IMG/VR virus record: IMGVR_UViG_3300033067_000531
DNA from: a virus
Taxonomy: Duplodnaviria > Heunggongvirae > Uroviricota > Caudoviricetes
Direction: 5' to 3' (one strand)
DNA: 64,000 bases
Each line of letters begins with the position of its first letter. The first letter of the stretch is position 1. Below the pieces are notes generated by a model that did not search any database, was not told the DNA's origin, and saw only the letters and a program-made list of their open reading frames with translations. Positions 11,122-21,098 of this stretch are shown here, piece by piece. The translations under genes and the position numbers were made by a program.

Positions 11122-11514
11122 TTATCTATTTCTTTCTAAAATAACTGATAATGTTGTTGCCTGTGTTGCATTTTCCAAGAAAAACGTTATGGAAACAGTA
11201 TATGCATTTCCATCAGGCACCGGAACAACTTTGACGCTTTTCACAATAGCTCTAGGTTCATAGTTGTCTAGTGTTGTTTTTATCGTTGTCTCTAATTGAG
11301 AAGAAGTCAACGAACTGATGGGTTGGAATAATAAAGCATTTACACTGGAACCCAAATCAGGATTAAATGGTCTCTCATAGTGATTTGTCAACAAAAGGTT
11401 GCGTATAGAACGAATGACTGCTTGTTGGTCATAACTTAAAGCAACGTCACCACCACCAGGTTTCTTGGTGAAGGTAAAGTCTATGTCTGAGTAAATCTTT
11501 TGTAAGTTTGCCAT
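11122..11514 (-). CDS. 25: Baseplate wedge protein gp25 (lysozyme-fold gpW/gp25 family)
   Basis: 'IYSDIDFTF...RPFNPDLGS...NYEPR' matches T4 gp25 'LYSDID...RPFDPEFG...NYEPR'; 130 aa vs 132 aa. Confidence 0.8.
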   Translation of the reverse strand: MANLQKIYSDIDFTFTKKPGGGDVALSYDQQAVIRSIRNLLLTNHYERPFNPDLGSSVNALLFQPISSLTSSQLETTIKTTLDNYEPRAIVKSVKVVPVPDGNAYTVSITFFLENATQATTLSVILERNR

Positions 11515-11605
11515 CTTTTATTTATTGAGCTAGGAGTAAATTCGCTTTTTGGAACCTAGAAAGCGCTGGAAAAAAATCTTGAGCCGGAACGCAAAAATTC
11601 GAAAT

Positions 11606-12409
11606 TTAGGAATTCAATCGTTGTAGTAGTTTATCTGAACCAATAAGATTTGTGACCATATCGGTTTGAGTTTGTCCCATATTACTAAATGTTTTCAGGG
11701 TATTATATTCCTCAACAATGGTTCTGGAATTGTAGTAGAAATTGACATCCGCAGTTCTTCTGTCATTCATAAATGATGTAATACTACTCAAATTAGCAAT
11801 CATGTTGTTGGCCTGTTGTTGTGTCAGGTTAGATGTATATGATGTACTTGGTGGTTCTTCGATTGAAATGGTGGTAATGCTGTTCTGGATGGTTGTTGCA
11901 TAACCTTGTATAATATTGGAATATGCATCCAAGTCATTTTTTGTGTATAGACTACTGAAACAGGCGACCATAGGTGAGTTATTTTGTACTCCGTCAGTTT
12001 GGTACACAATATACATCACCATTTTACCTACACTTGAAGCGGTTTTATATGTTGGTAGTGTAGGGTCACTTTCCGGTGGTTCTGCCAATCCTGACAATCT
12101 GTTGGTATGATTATAGAAATTGTTTGCAGACGCATACAGTGATTGCGCAGCTGTCAATATAGAAGATACATTGGTGGATGCCAAATTAGGCACCGCAATG
12201 ATGTTATTTGCTGAATTCCATACGTTTTGTATGGACGTTTGTAGTGGATTCTTAAAATAGTCACTGACATTGTTGTTTGCCATGTCTTCCTTTTGCCATG
12301 GTTGCAACATATCTGGCATAGAATCCATTTGTTTTTTCACCGCATCAGACAAGTTCGACACACTCGATCCTGAATAAGGTGTATATCCTAATCTACCAAA
12401 AACACTCAT
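11606..12409 (-). CDS. Hypothetical virion/baseplate-associated protein (267 aa)
   Basis: ORF track; position between hub and wedge genes; Ser/Asn/Thr-rich. Confidence 0.4.
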   Translation of the reverse strand: MSVFGRLGYTPYSGSSVSNLSDAVKKQMDSMPDMLQPWQKEDMANNNVSDYFKNPLQTSIQNVWNSANNIIAVPNLASTNVSSILTAAQSLYASANNFYNHTNRLSGLAEPPESDPTLPTYKTASSVGKMVMYIVYQTDGVQNNSPMVACFSSLYTKNDLDAYSNIIQGYATTIQNSITTISIEEPPSTSYTSNLTQQQANNMIANLSSITSFMNDRRTADVNFYYNSRTIVEEYNTLKTFSNMGQTQTDMVTNLIGSDKLLQRLNS

Positions 12410-12418
12410 TATATCTCC

Positions 12419-13255
12419 TTAAACCATTTTGATGGATGGTGGTCCAGATGGACCTTTTGGTGTTGGATGAATATGTGAATTATAAATCGTTGTGTTCATA
12501 TCATCATGCATCAAAATAGAATTCATCACACCAAATGTGCCTTGTGGTGAGTTGACTGCAATGGCCGCATCGACCGTGCCTCCTGCAACCACGTCCGTTG
12601 CCACTAAGACTTTTGATGGAACAGCAACAGGTATACCAACCGCCACTCCACCTTCTGTGGTGACGAAACCTAGTGGACCTGCACTCATACCGGTAACCGC
12701 ATCAACCCTGGATTTAGAAGTAATCTTCTGTGCGGTCATCTCACCATTAATAGCAAGATCCGACTTGATGAATACTGCATCACCTGTTTCCAAAGCAATT
12801 GAACCGGTGGCACTATAACCACCACCAATAAGCATATCACCTTGTGATTGAACGGTAGAAGTTTTTTCGATTAATTGTTTATAGTGACCTTTGATGTGTT
12901 GTTCAAAGTTGCCTTCTACGGTCTGTACCATGTCGCCTTGTACTCGCATATTACAATCACCTTCAATAGTGATGTTGCATGTACCCTTAATCAACACATT
13001 CTTGTCTTTTACAACAATTTCATATCCATCACCAAAAATTTTATGCACTTCATCACCATTTGGGTGCATCTCAATAAATGTGTTTGAACGGTGTGAAATT
13101 CGGATTCTTTCACGTCCAGGTGTGTCATCCATTTCAAACATGTGTCCACGTGGAGTTTCCTTAACATGATTATAACGATACTCTGGCTGGTAATCAGTAT
13201 TTGCAGCCGATTCAGGTTCAAAAAAACCTTTATAGAATTCTGGTTTTGTGGTCAT
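12419..13255 (-). CDS. Central spike beta-helix protein (gp5 C-terminal-like / spike tip)
   Basis: Repetitive beta-strand segments (VxGxxVxxVxG type), Gly-rich 'GGVAVGIPVAVPSKVLVATDVVAGGTVD', C-terminal HIHPTPKGPSGPP; start overlaps upstream hub ORF stop. Confidence 0.45.
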   Translation of the reverse strand: MTTKPEFYKGFFEPESAANTDYQPEYRYNHVKETPRGHMFEMDDTPGRERIRISHRSNTFIEMHPNGDEVHKIFGDGYEIVVKDKNVLIKGTCNITIEGDCNMRVQGDMVQTVEGNFEQHIKGHYKQLIEKTSTVQSQGDMLIGGGYSATGSIALETGDAVFIKSDLAINGEMTAQKITSKSRVDAVTGMSAGPLGFVTTEGGVAVGIPVAVPSKVLVATDVVAGGTVDAAIAVNSPQGTFGVMNSILMHDDMNTTIYNSHIHPTPKGPSGPPSIKMV

Positions 13256-14394
13256 GGTGATTGCATTGATGATTTATTGAATGAATTTGCGGTTGCATTG
13301 GCTAACGCAACGTTCGCATCTCCATAATTTGTGTTGATGAAATCCATGATTAAATTTGCATGGTCAGCATCAGTTTGATATAAAGTTATTGAGATTAGAT
13401 TCGACACACTGTTATTTGCAGTATTTGCACTTTCAACGTTACTGTTTGCTGTATCTAGTGCTGTCTGTGTTGATGAACCTAGTTGTTCCAACATACTTTC
13501 CATACTGGAAGAAAACATACCAGGAATGGATTTAATCATATCAATAAAATTATTGATGGAAGTCAAGAACTGGGTGATACATCCTTGTATCATTGCTGCA
13601 ATTCTGCTAGGTAGACTATTCAAATAATCTACGATTTGTTGTATGTCCTTGACCAAATTGTAATATAGTGAAGCAGTTTCTGCAATTCTGGCCACAGTTT
13701 TAGTTAGTTCGTTGATTTGACGGACCAAATCCTTGGCCACAGAATAAGACTTTGATGCTATTCCTGTAGGATCCATACCCAACGCAGGCAACAATGAATT
13801 GATAACCGCTCTTAATTGAGTATTCATTTGTGTCAATATCAAACTCATTAATTGAGCAGAATGGTTTTTACCTCTTTTAATTGCATCTTGTATTTCACTT
13901 ACAGGATTGTTAATACCGATAGTGACGGTGGGTAATGTGATGAAGTATCTGAAATCACAAGCGTGGTCTAACGTTCTATTTGTGGTAGCTATCATTGTGT
14001 TTGCAACGTCACCTTGAGCTGCATAACCAACACTTGTTGAATTTAATGAACCATAAACTGGAATTCCATTAGGTCTATCTCTTTGTATCCAACCTGCAAC
14101 ATTGGCCAATGCACCAATTTGTGCAAACACTTGTGGTACTGTTCCTGTAACCACTGGCATCTGAGATTTCATACCATCCGAGAAATAACCGATTACATTC
14201 GTGCCTTCCAATAAGACAGAGAATGTTCCCCAAACATTTGGTGGTTGTTGTACAGATGCCCACGGCAAATCGGCTGTTGGTACCAATAATTTATTGTCTG
14301 TGTGTATTCCTTTGATACGAACCTTCACACGACCCAATTTCAATGGGTCTCTCGTATCTTCTACAACACCAAACCACTCGCCTCGTGCTACCAT
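13252..14394 (-). CDS. 5: Baseplate hub/spike protein, gp5-like N-terminal OB-fold domain
   Basis: N-terminus 'GEWFGVVEDTRDPLKLGRVKVRI' is the gp5/gpV/VgrG OB-fold signature; no lysozyme motif recognised. Confidence 0.6.
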   Translation of the reverse strand: MVARGEWFGVVEDTRDPLKLGRVKVRIKGIHTDNKLLVPTADLPWASVQQPPNVWGTFSVLLEGTNVIGYFSDGMKSQMPVVTGTVPQVFAQIGALANVAGWIQRDRPNGIPVYGSLNSTSVGYAAQGDVANTMIATTNRTLDHACDFRYFITLPTVTIGINNPVSEIQDAIKRGKNHSAQLMSLILTQMNTQLRAVINSLLPALGMDPTGIASKSYSVAKDLVRQINELTKTVARIAETASLYYNLVKDIQQIVDYLNSLPSRIAAMIQGCITQFLTSINNFIDMIKSIPGMFSSSMESMLEQLGSSTQTALDTANSNVESANTANNSVSNLISITLYQTDADHANLIMDFINTNYGDANVALANATANSFNKSSMQSP

Positions 14395-14397
14395 TTT

Positions 14398-15705
14398 TTA
14401 TCCTGAGTTACTATTTTTAGAAATTTCTAATACGGTTTGATAAACACCACTACTTTGTATAATATGTCGAACAGCTGTAATCAAATATTTACCCGAATAC
14501 ACTTCATCCAACTTTCTATTGTCGTCAGCCTGCTCAATTTGCAAGGAGTGAATTAGAATATTTACAGTCGAACCAACAGTCAAAAATGCATTGCCTGGAA
14601 CGACAATTTTTAATACGGTATGATTGGCTAAAGTCAACTGTGATGTTCTTAGACTTAATGTTTCCTGTAGATAGAAGTCTGGTGTAACACCTTTGTTGTT
14701 TTTTATATAGTCAACGGTATTCTCACCAGAATTTGTGGGAATCACACGAATGTAACCTTCTGGTCTTTGATTGAATTGTATTCCTTGTGTCAAAGGTTGA
14801 ACACCTTGGCCGTTTTCTGGACTAATTTGTGAAAGATATTTCAGATAATCAAAATCTTTTACAAACGTTTGGCCTGTGGTATAGTTGACACCAATAAATC
14901 TATTGGAGTATGCACCGTTGGACACTTCTCTTAGTGTGTTGTATGAACGAACATATTCCAGTGAAAGTATTGAATCTGATTCGCCAGTTTCATCTGGTTT
15001 AGTTTTTTCGGTGCTTAAGTTACTTTGTTCATAACGATATGTGAATAAAGGTTCTGTCTGCATCAACGAATTGAGTGATGCGAAAATGTAACCAAATCTG
15101 TTCTCAAAAAGGAACATGTCGGCACCAACAGTACCGGATGTGCTGTTATTTTGTGGTCTTGCATAATTTGATAGTTCACTGATGACCTCAAAGGGTCTAA
15201 TCATCGGTGCAATATAATCATAAAAACCTAATGTTGGTTGTATGGCCTGTATCTCGTTCTCTGTTTTCAGTTCGTTTTGTAATATGTCCTTAACGATGTA
15301 GTCAATACCTTTGCCCTTGTATGACTTACTGATGGCCATCGGTTGATTCATAACCAGGTCCACTGAACAGAAATAAATCTTATAGATTTCACTGGTCATG
15401 TTAACCGGTCTTCTGTCTTTGACCGTATATGCAATCATTTTCTTACTAGGTAAACGTGTGTTCCCATATTTGTCGAAATTGATTTCAATCATTTCCGAAC
15501 CACGTAACATACCCTTTTCGATGATACCTAAACCGTCACGGATCATCACAAAACCACTAACACTAAAACTGTAAATGTCCTCGAAATAGGACAATTCAAT
15601 AATCATGTCCTTTAGGTCGATTATAGAACCATCAGGTAGATGTAATATACATCCTTCTACTGAGGCTGTTTGTGTATAGAACGCGGAATTATCAGAATCA
15701 CTCAT
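14398..15705 (-). CDS. Baseplate hub protein, gp27-like (435 aa)
   Basis: Size and position directly upstream of gp5-like gene (the gp27-gp5 pair); no sequence motif recalled. Confidence 0.4.
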   Translation of the reverse strand: MSDSDNSAFYTQTASVEGCILHLPDGSIIDLKDMIIELSYFEDIYSFSVSGFVMIRDGLGIIEKGMLRGSEMIEINFDKYGNTRLPSKKMIAYTVKDRRPVNMTSEIYKIYFCSVDLVMNQPMAISKSYKGKGIDYIVKDILQNELKTENEIQAIQPTLGFYDYIAPMIRPFEVISELSNYARPQNNSTSGTVGADMFLFENRFGYIFASLNSLMQTEPLFTYRYEQSNLSTEKTKPDETGESDSILSLEYVRSYNTLREVSNGAYSNRFIGVNYTTGQTFVKDFDYLKYLSQISPENGQGVQPLTQGIQFNQRPEGYIRVIPTNSGENTVDYIKNNKGVTPDFYLQETLSLRTSQLTLANHTVLKIVVPGNAFLTVGSTVNILIHSLQIEQADDNRKLDEVYSGKYLITAVRHIIQSSGVYQTVLEISKNSNSG

Positions 15706-16310
15706 TTATTACCCAATAATTTCTTGAATTCATTTTCCACTTGTTGTACGTAGTTCTTGTTCAACAACTTGATATTTCTTTTGGATTCATTCAGACTCAC
15801 CTCATAATCATAGTATGATTGTGTGGATCTTTCTATCGAAACACTAACTGTTTCACCGGAAATCGTAAAAGTATCTGAATAAGGAACAAAATCGTTATAT
15901 TCTTGTTGAGAAATATCCACCGTATTCACTGTGGTTTCACCTGAAACTGAATTGACTTGGGTGGTTACTTTTTGGTATGATTTTACAGTTGTATATGGAT
16001 CGAAACCTAATGCATCATATTTTTCAGTGATGAATTTATCCAAAGTGTTGTTGTTTAATGGCCAATCCCACTGTGGATCCATAAGATTGTTACAGAAAAG
16101 AACTATCCAATAACGATATCCATCTCCATAATATTTTTGAGCCACAATCTCTGGTGTGTCTCCGTCTTGGATATCATAAGAATAGTAAACCAAAGGGTTT
16201 GATAAAATACTTGGAATAACACTCACTCGTGCTAATATGTTTTTATACGTCTGTGTTGTACCAGACGCATCCGTAATATCAATTAAAGGAATTGCACTAA
16301 AATATTTCAT
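15702..16310 (-). CDS. Baseplate protein (gp53-like?)
   Basis: 202 aa vs 196 aa for T4 gp53; overlapping junctions with neighbours; synteny only. Confidence 0.3.
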   Translation of the reverse strand: MKYFSAIPLIDITDASGTTQTYKNILARVSVIPSILSNPLVYYSYDIQDGDTPEIVAQKYYGDGYRYWIVLFCNNLMDPQWDWPLNNNTLDKFITEKYDALGFDPYTTVKSYQKVTTQVNSVSGETTVNTVDISQQEYNDFVPYSDTFTISGETVSVSIERSTQSYYDYEVSLNESKRNIKLLNKNYVQQVENEFKKLLGNK

Positions 16311-17311
16311 GTTTTTGCTCTATTTTCCAATTCATCAATCATGTCTCTGTCTAACAATTCGATTTCTCGGAACGATAGTGACATAGTTGTTTGTACAGGT
16401 GCACCATCACTTAATGCTGACCAACCATTTGGTGCATAGTTAACATCAACATTTTGCAATGCACATCTTAGTACAGGCGGAACATTTGGATTTGGTACAC
16501 CATTGAAAAAGAAACCTAAATCAAATACTGATGGTGGTTTCCAGAAAAATCCAGCTAGACCAGTTTGTTTTGTTGGTGCAGCTGCTCGTTTGAAAAGACG
16601 TATAATTTCTCTCACATTCGCAGCCTCATCGGGTGAAACAGGTGTAAATGTGAATTGCAACTCAAACTCTCTGAAATCAATACCTTCAAACAACATTTGT
16701 TGTTGTGGATTGAATGTGTAACCTAATTTTTTACCAATCAATTTTGCGGCGTTGTTGTTGACCATGGATGTGATGGCAGTAGAAATTTTACCAACAACTG
16801 GTGTTGAATTGATTGCTTCCGCTAAACTCAACTTATCATATTGTGCTTGATAATCAAAACTTAAAGTGTCTGGCATATAAAGGCGAATGGTGGTCAATTT
16901 ATCATCAACCGTTTCTGGTTGAGTATTAATTGCTCCAGTACCTAGGCGACCGAACATTGAAGCGCCTATATTACTTAATGTCTCTACTTTATTTTCACTG
17001 TGATATACACTGGAAACACCAGATTGTAGTTCACTGAATTTTTGTTTAGTATAATTCAGAATTTCTTCTGCATTAGTTTTGAATGGTTTAATATCACGTA
17101 TATTAAACTGTATTGCATGACCTTTATCGAAAGAATCCAAATCCTTAGGATAAGCAATAGATGTTGGATTATAAGGATTGTTTTGCAGACTCGATAACGG
17201 ACCTTTTACCTCAACGTTAGTTACTGTGCCCCATGAACGAACTTCACCTTTCTGAACTGGACTCAGTGGTGTATTATCTACTCTAGATTGTGTGGTTTGG
17301 ATATCGGCCAT
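16307..17311 (-). CDS. Baseplate/tail-tube junction protein, gp48/gp54-like
   Basis: 334 aa; head of the minus-strand baseplate operon, divergent from the gp4 gene; synteny only. Confidence 0.35.
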   Translation of the reverse strand: MADIQTTQSRVDNTPLSPVQKGEVRSWGTVTNVEVKGPLSSLQNNPYNPTSIAYPKDLDSFDKGHAIQFNIRDIKPFKTNAEEILNYTKQKFSELQSGVSSVYHSENKVETLSNIGASMFGRLGTGAINTQPETVDDKLTTIRLYMPDTLSFDYQAQYDKLSLAEAINSTPVVGKISTAITSMVNNNAAKLIGKKLGYTFNPQQQMLFEGIDFREFELQFTFTPVSPDEAANVREIIRLFKRAAAPTKQTGLAGFFWKPPSVFDLGFFFNGVPNPNVPPVLRCALQNVDVNYAPNGWSALSDGAPVQTTMSLSFREIELLDRDMIDELENRAKT

Positions 17312-17313
17312 GA

Positions 17314-17775
17314 TTGTTTAAAAAAAGATTATACATAGTATTTATGGCATATTCTGGAATATTCAAACCTAAAAATCCTCGCAAATACATTGGTGACCAC
17401 ACCAATATCATCTGGCGTTCCACGTGGGAATGTCGTGTTATGACTTGGTTGGACAACAATCCAAACGTTATTTCGTGGGCATCTGAAGAACTTATCATAC
17501 CCTACGTTTCTCCTGTGGATGGTAGGTGGCATAGGTATTTCCCAGACTTTTTGGTTAAAGTGAACACACAACAGGGTCCTAAAACCATGTTGATTGAGGT
17601 CAAACCTAAGAAACAAACACAACCACCCAAACAACAAAAACGTGTAACCAAGAGGTATATCACCGAAGTTGCAACTTGGGGTGTCAATCAGGCCAAATGG
17701 AAGGCCGCAGAAGAATACTGCTTGGATCGTGGTTGGGAGTTCAAAGTCATCACAGAAGACCATCTAGGACTCTAA
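17314..17775 (+). CDS. 4: Head completion protein gp4
   Basis: 'WHRYFPDFLVK...LIEVKPKKQTQ...NQAKWKAAEEYCLDRGWEFKVITE' matches T4 gp4 'HRYYPDF...EVKP...NQAKWEAA'; 153 aa. Confidence 0.65.
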   Translation: MFKKRLYIVFMAYSGIFKPKNPRKYIGDHTNIIWRSTWECRVMTWLDNNPNVISWASEELIIPYVSPVDGRWHRYFPDFLVKVNTQQGPKTMLIEVKPKKQTQPPKQQKRVTKRYITEVATWGVNQAKWKAAEEYCLDRGWEFKVITEDHLGL

Positions 17776-17786
17776 TAAATATCCAA

Positions 17787-18398
17787 ATGAAACCATCTAT
17801 ACTTACATCTCTATCAGACGAAAAAATTGCAGCTCAGTATCCATTAATGAGTCGTGATGCAATTCAATGGTTGCGTTTAAAGGTTGATACACTCAAAAAC
17901 CCATCACTGATGGTCAGAGGAATCACAAAAGAACGTGACCGATACACAAAAACCACAGATTATAGAAAATTCTTAATTGGTGGAATGTATATGTTTGCAT
18001 ATGATCCTTTGACCAAGAAAGATTTGCCTTATTACGACAGATTTCCTCTGGTATTACCACTGAAACGTGAAGGTGACGGTTTCTTGGGACTAAACTTACA
18101 TTATCTACCAATCGGTTATCGTATTAGATTTCTGAAAAAGTTGTTGCCTTTGGCACAATATGCTGATGATGACATTAGAAGATTAAGAATCACTTATGAT
18201 ATTCTGTCGGCCTCCAGTAGATATAGAGAATTTAGACCTTGTATTAAAAAGTATCTTTTACCACAAATCAAATCACGTATTTTGAAAGTTGAATCTGAGG
18301 AATGGGACACTGCGCTGTTCTTACCTATTCACCAATTCAAGAAAACACAAGCTCCAACAGTCTGGAAAGAATCTGTTGAAACAATAAGGAAGTCATAA
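17787..18398 (+). CDS. 2: DNA end-protector protein gp2-like (start trimmed to MKPSILTSL)
   Basis: ORF 17676-18398 overlaps the gp4 end; internal ATG at 17787 directly after gp4 stop; adjacency to gp4 and a gp3/19-fold gene as in T4; basic protein. Confidence 0.45.
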   Translation: MKPSILTSLSDEKIAAQYPLMSRDAIQWLRLKVDTLKNPSLMVRGITKERDRYTKTTDYRKFLIGGMYMFAYDPLTKKDLPYYDRFPLVLPLKREGDGFLGLNLHYLPIGYRIRFLKKLLPLAQYADDDIRRLRITYDILSASSRYREFRPCIKKYLLPQIKSRILKVESEEWDTALFLPIHQFKKTQAPTVWKESVETIRKS

Positions 18399-18399
18399 A

Positions 18400-18942
18400 A
18401 TGGCAGGAAGTATTGCTGATTTTAAAGCAAGTTTTAATACAGACCTTGCACGACCAAATAAATTTGATGTGACACTCAATGTTCCGCCTGGATTAATTTT
18501 TCTATCCGGCGTTTCGTCTAGAAAACTATCATTCCGTTGTGAGGCTGCACAACTTCCTGGTCGAACATTCGCAACCTTAGATAGAAAAACCTATGGTCCT
18601 ATCGAAAAGTTACCCCACTTAACCACATACAACGACATTGACCTGACATTTATCTTAGATGATGATATGAAAACCAAGTTGATGTTCGATTCTTGGATGG
18701 ATTTGGTTAATCCTAAACAAACAAACAACTTCAATTACAGAAGTGATTATGAAACGTCTATTCTGATTAACCAGTATGATGTGACTAACAAATTATCATA
18801 CTCTGTGGAGTTATTTCATGCGTATCCAATCTCTATGAACCAATTGGACTTAGATTGGTCTAATGATGGTATGCACAAATTGACCGTGACTTTTGCCTAT
18901 ACAAAATGGCAGAACAATTCTATTACAAATTATATCTATTGA
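18400..18942 (+). CDS. Tail tube-fold protein (gp19 tail tube / gp3 tail completion family)
   Basis: 'ARPNKFDVTL...FRCEAAQLPG' and C-terminal 'QLDLDWSNDGMHKLTVTFAYTKW' match T4 gp19 'ARPNLFQVEI...FQCKATALP' and 'LQLDWDSNNEIQTFEVTLALDYWE'; synteny favours gp3. Confidence 0.6.
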   Translation: MAGSIADFKASFNTDLARPNKFDVTLNVPPGLIFLSGVSSRKLSFRCEAAQLPGRTFATLDRKTYGPIEKLPHLTTYNDIDLTFILDDDMKTKLMFDSWMDLVNPKQTNNFNYRSDYETSILINQYDVTNKLSYSVELFHAYPISMNQLDLDWSNDGMHKLTVTFAYTKWQNNSITNYIY

Positions 18943-18956
18943 ACTGAGGAGTTATT

Positions 18957-19697
18957 ATGGCTTTACCAAAAATTGAAGTGCCTTCATATGAACTTGAATT
19001 GCCTATTTCTAAGAAAACAATTAAATTCAGACCATTCCTGGTAAAAGAACAGAAAATTCTGTTGATGGCCATGGAATCAGAAGATGCAAAGACCATTCAG
19101 AACTCAGTAATTGACATCCTGAATGCTTGTATCTTGACACCGAATTTCCCATTATATGAGATGCCGATTATTGATGTTGAATATTTGTTCATGCATCTTC
19201 GTGCAAAATCTGTCAGTGAAATTGTAGAAACAAAGTATCGTTGCAACAATGAAGTTGATAACGGTGAAGGTGGTACTAAGGCCTGTGGTAATACGATTGA
19301 ATCGAAGGTCAATTTGACAGAGATTACGCCTCAGGTTGAGACGGTTGTAAATCCAGAAATCCAACTGACCGATAAAATTACAGTTAAAATGAGATATCCA
19401 ACTTTCTCGGTTATCAAAGACTCGGCAGATACCAAAGATATTTCAAAGATGACGATGGATTTAATTGCATCTTGTATTGAATACATCTATGATGGTGAAC
19501 AGTTCTACTACTCAAATGAAACTACCAACGAGGAGTTGGTTGAGTTTATTGAAATGCTCAGTCAGGAACAGTTTGAGAAAATGGAAGAATTCTTCAACAA
19601 TATGCCTAAGTTGAAACATAAAGTCGAACTTAAATGTAAGAAGTGTGGTTTTGACCACGTATTTGAAATGGAAGGACTCCAAAGTTTTTTCGGATGA
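18957..19697 (+). CDS. Baseplate hub subunit-like protein (gp26-like?) with C-terminal CxxC pair
   Basis: 246 aa; follows gp2/gp3 in a plus-strand structural operon; 'CKKCGFDH' Zn-ribbon-like end. Confidence 0.3.
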   Translation: MALPKIEVPSYELELPISKKTIKFRPFLVKEQKILLMAMESEDAKTIQNSVIDILNACILTPNFPLYEMPIIDVEYLFMHLRAKSVSEIVETKYRCNNEVDNGEGGTKACGNTIESKVNLTEITPQVETVVNPEIQLTDKITVKMRYPTFSVIKDSADTKDISKMTMDLIASCIEYIYDGEQFYYSNETTNEELVEFIEMLSQEQFEKMEEFFNNMPKLKHKVELKCKKCGFDHVFEMEGLQSFFG

Positions 19698-19894
19698 TAC
19701 TTCGTTATGATGATTTAGGTAATTATTACAAGACTAACTTTTCATTGATGCAACACCATAAGTATAGTCTAACTGAACTTGAAAGCATGATACCTTGGGA
19801 ACGAGATATCTATGTCACTTTATTAATACAATACATTGAAGAAGAAAACAGAAAACTAAAAGAGATACAAAACAAACATGGCAAGTCTATCTGA
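19694..19894 (+). CDS. Small protein (66 aa), possibly gp51-like hub assembly catalyst
   Basis: Overlapping start/stop with flanking genes; size similar to short gp51 of marine T4-likes; weak. Confidence 0.3.
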   Translation: MILRYDDLGNYYKTNFSLMQHHKYSLTELESMIPWERDIYVTLLIQYIEEENRKLKEIQNKHGKSI

Positions 19895-21098
19895 ACAATC
19901 TAAAGATACTGCTGGTGATTTACTTTCATTACTGAATAGTAAACCTTCTGGTGATGTTGGACCTTCGTCCAGCACATATGAGTTGTTATTGTCTATCTTT
20001 AAGATACTGGTAAAAAAAGAAGAATTGAAGTTGCGTCAAGATGAATCTGACGATGACCTGAATGACCAAAGACACTTCAATCGTGAGAAAAGACACGCCG
20101 AGTTGCTTGATGCACTCGGTGTTAAACCTGGTGTTCCAAAAAAAGAAAAACGGGAATTCGATAGTAATAGTTTAGATTTCAAAAAATATTTGAAGAAACA
20201 CAAGTTAAAAGAACCAAAGATGCCGAAGGTTTCAAAAAAGGAATCCTCTGAAGGTGGTTTTGGTCTTGGTTCGATGGCTATTACTGGTCTGAAAATGGCA
20301 TCAATTGGTGCCATCGGCGTAGGTTTAATTGCTGGCGGTAAGGGTGCGTTGGCCTCTGTTATTGGCAAAGGTGAGAGTTTTGGTGGTGATCCGACCGCCT
20401 ACAACGTAAAGTCAGGTGGTAGTTATGTTGGTCGCCGAGGTGCCACAGAAACCGGTAGACCTATTACAGAAATGACCGTTGGTGAAATCCGACAAATGCA
20501 GGATAGTGGTAAGTTATTTGCTGTAGGTAAATGGCAAATGATTCCTGATACCTTGCAAATGGCCATCAAATCAGGTAAAGTTAATTTGAATGATACCTTC
20601 AATGAAGCTGTACAAGATAAGTTATTAGACTTCTTGATTGAAAAACGACCATTAGCAAAAAGATATTTGAGTGGTGATCCGAATGTTTCTAGAGATGATG
20701 CGATTGCTGATTTAGCTAAAGAATGGGCAGCATTAGGTGTACCTTATGATATGCAAGGTGCAAAACGTTGGGTTAAAAAAGGCGAATCTTACTATTCCGG
20801 TGTAGCAGGCAACAAAGCATCCATTTCACCTGATATGATTGGTGAAGCACTAGACAGAGATAGAGATTCATTGACATCCGCCAAACTACAAAACTTTCAA
20901 GGTCTAGATAAAGTTTCTATGAACCTTGAACAAGCATCCAGAGATAATATTGAGTCGAATGAAATATTAGCAGGTATGTCCCAACAAAGTAATATCACCA
21001 ATAACTACAATGTTGGTGTACGAGAACAAAATCAACAACGTAATGATATTGTGGAAGATGACCGTCCGGTATTTGAAAGAAAGAGTGTTGTAAGATGA
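19878..21098 (+). CDS. Baseplate hub/tail-associated protein (406 aa) with Gly-rich membrane-like segment
   Basis: ORF track; 'GFGLGSMAITGLKMASIGAIGVGLIAGG'; upstream of tape-measure-like gene. Confidence 0.4.
   Translation: MASLSEQSKDTAGDLLSLLNSKPSGDVGPSSSTYELLLSIFKILVKKEELKLRQDESDDDLNDQRHFNREKRHAELLDALGVKPGVPKKEKREFDSNSLDFKKYLKKHKLKEPKMPKVSKKESSEGGFGLGSMAITGLKMASIGAIGVGLIAGGKGALASVIGKGESFGGDPTAYNVKSGGSYVGRRGATETGRPITEMTVGEIRQMQDSGKLFAVGKWQMIPDTLQMAIKSGKVNLNDTFNEAVQDKLLDFLIEKRPLAKRYLSGDPNVSRDDAIADLAKEWAALGVPYDMQGAKRWVKKGESYYSGVAGNKASISPDMIGEALDRDRDSLTSAKLQNFQGLDKVSMNLEQASRDNIESNEILAGMSQQSNITNNYNVGVREQNQQRNDIVEDDRPVFERKSVVR

Noticed and set aside
13252-14394. Lysozyme domain within the gp5-like hub protein
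   Set aside because: No T4-lysozyme-like catalytic motif (E...D...T) or GH24/GH19 pattern was found in the central region. It is left as gp5-like OB-fold only.
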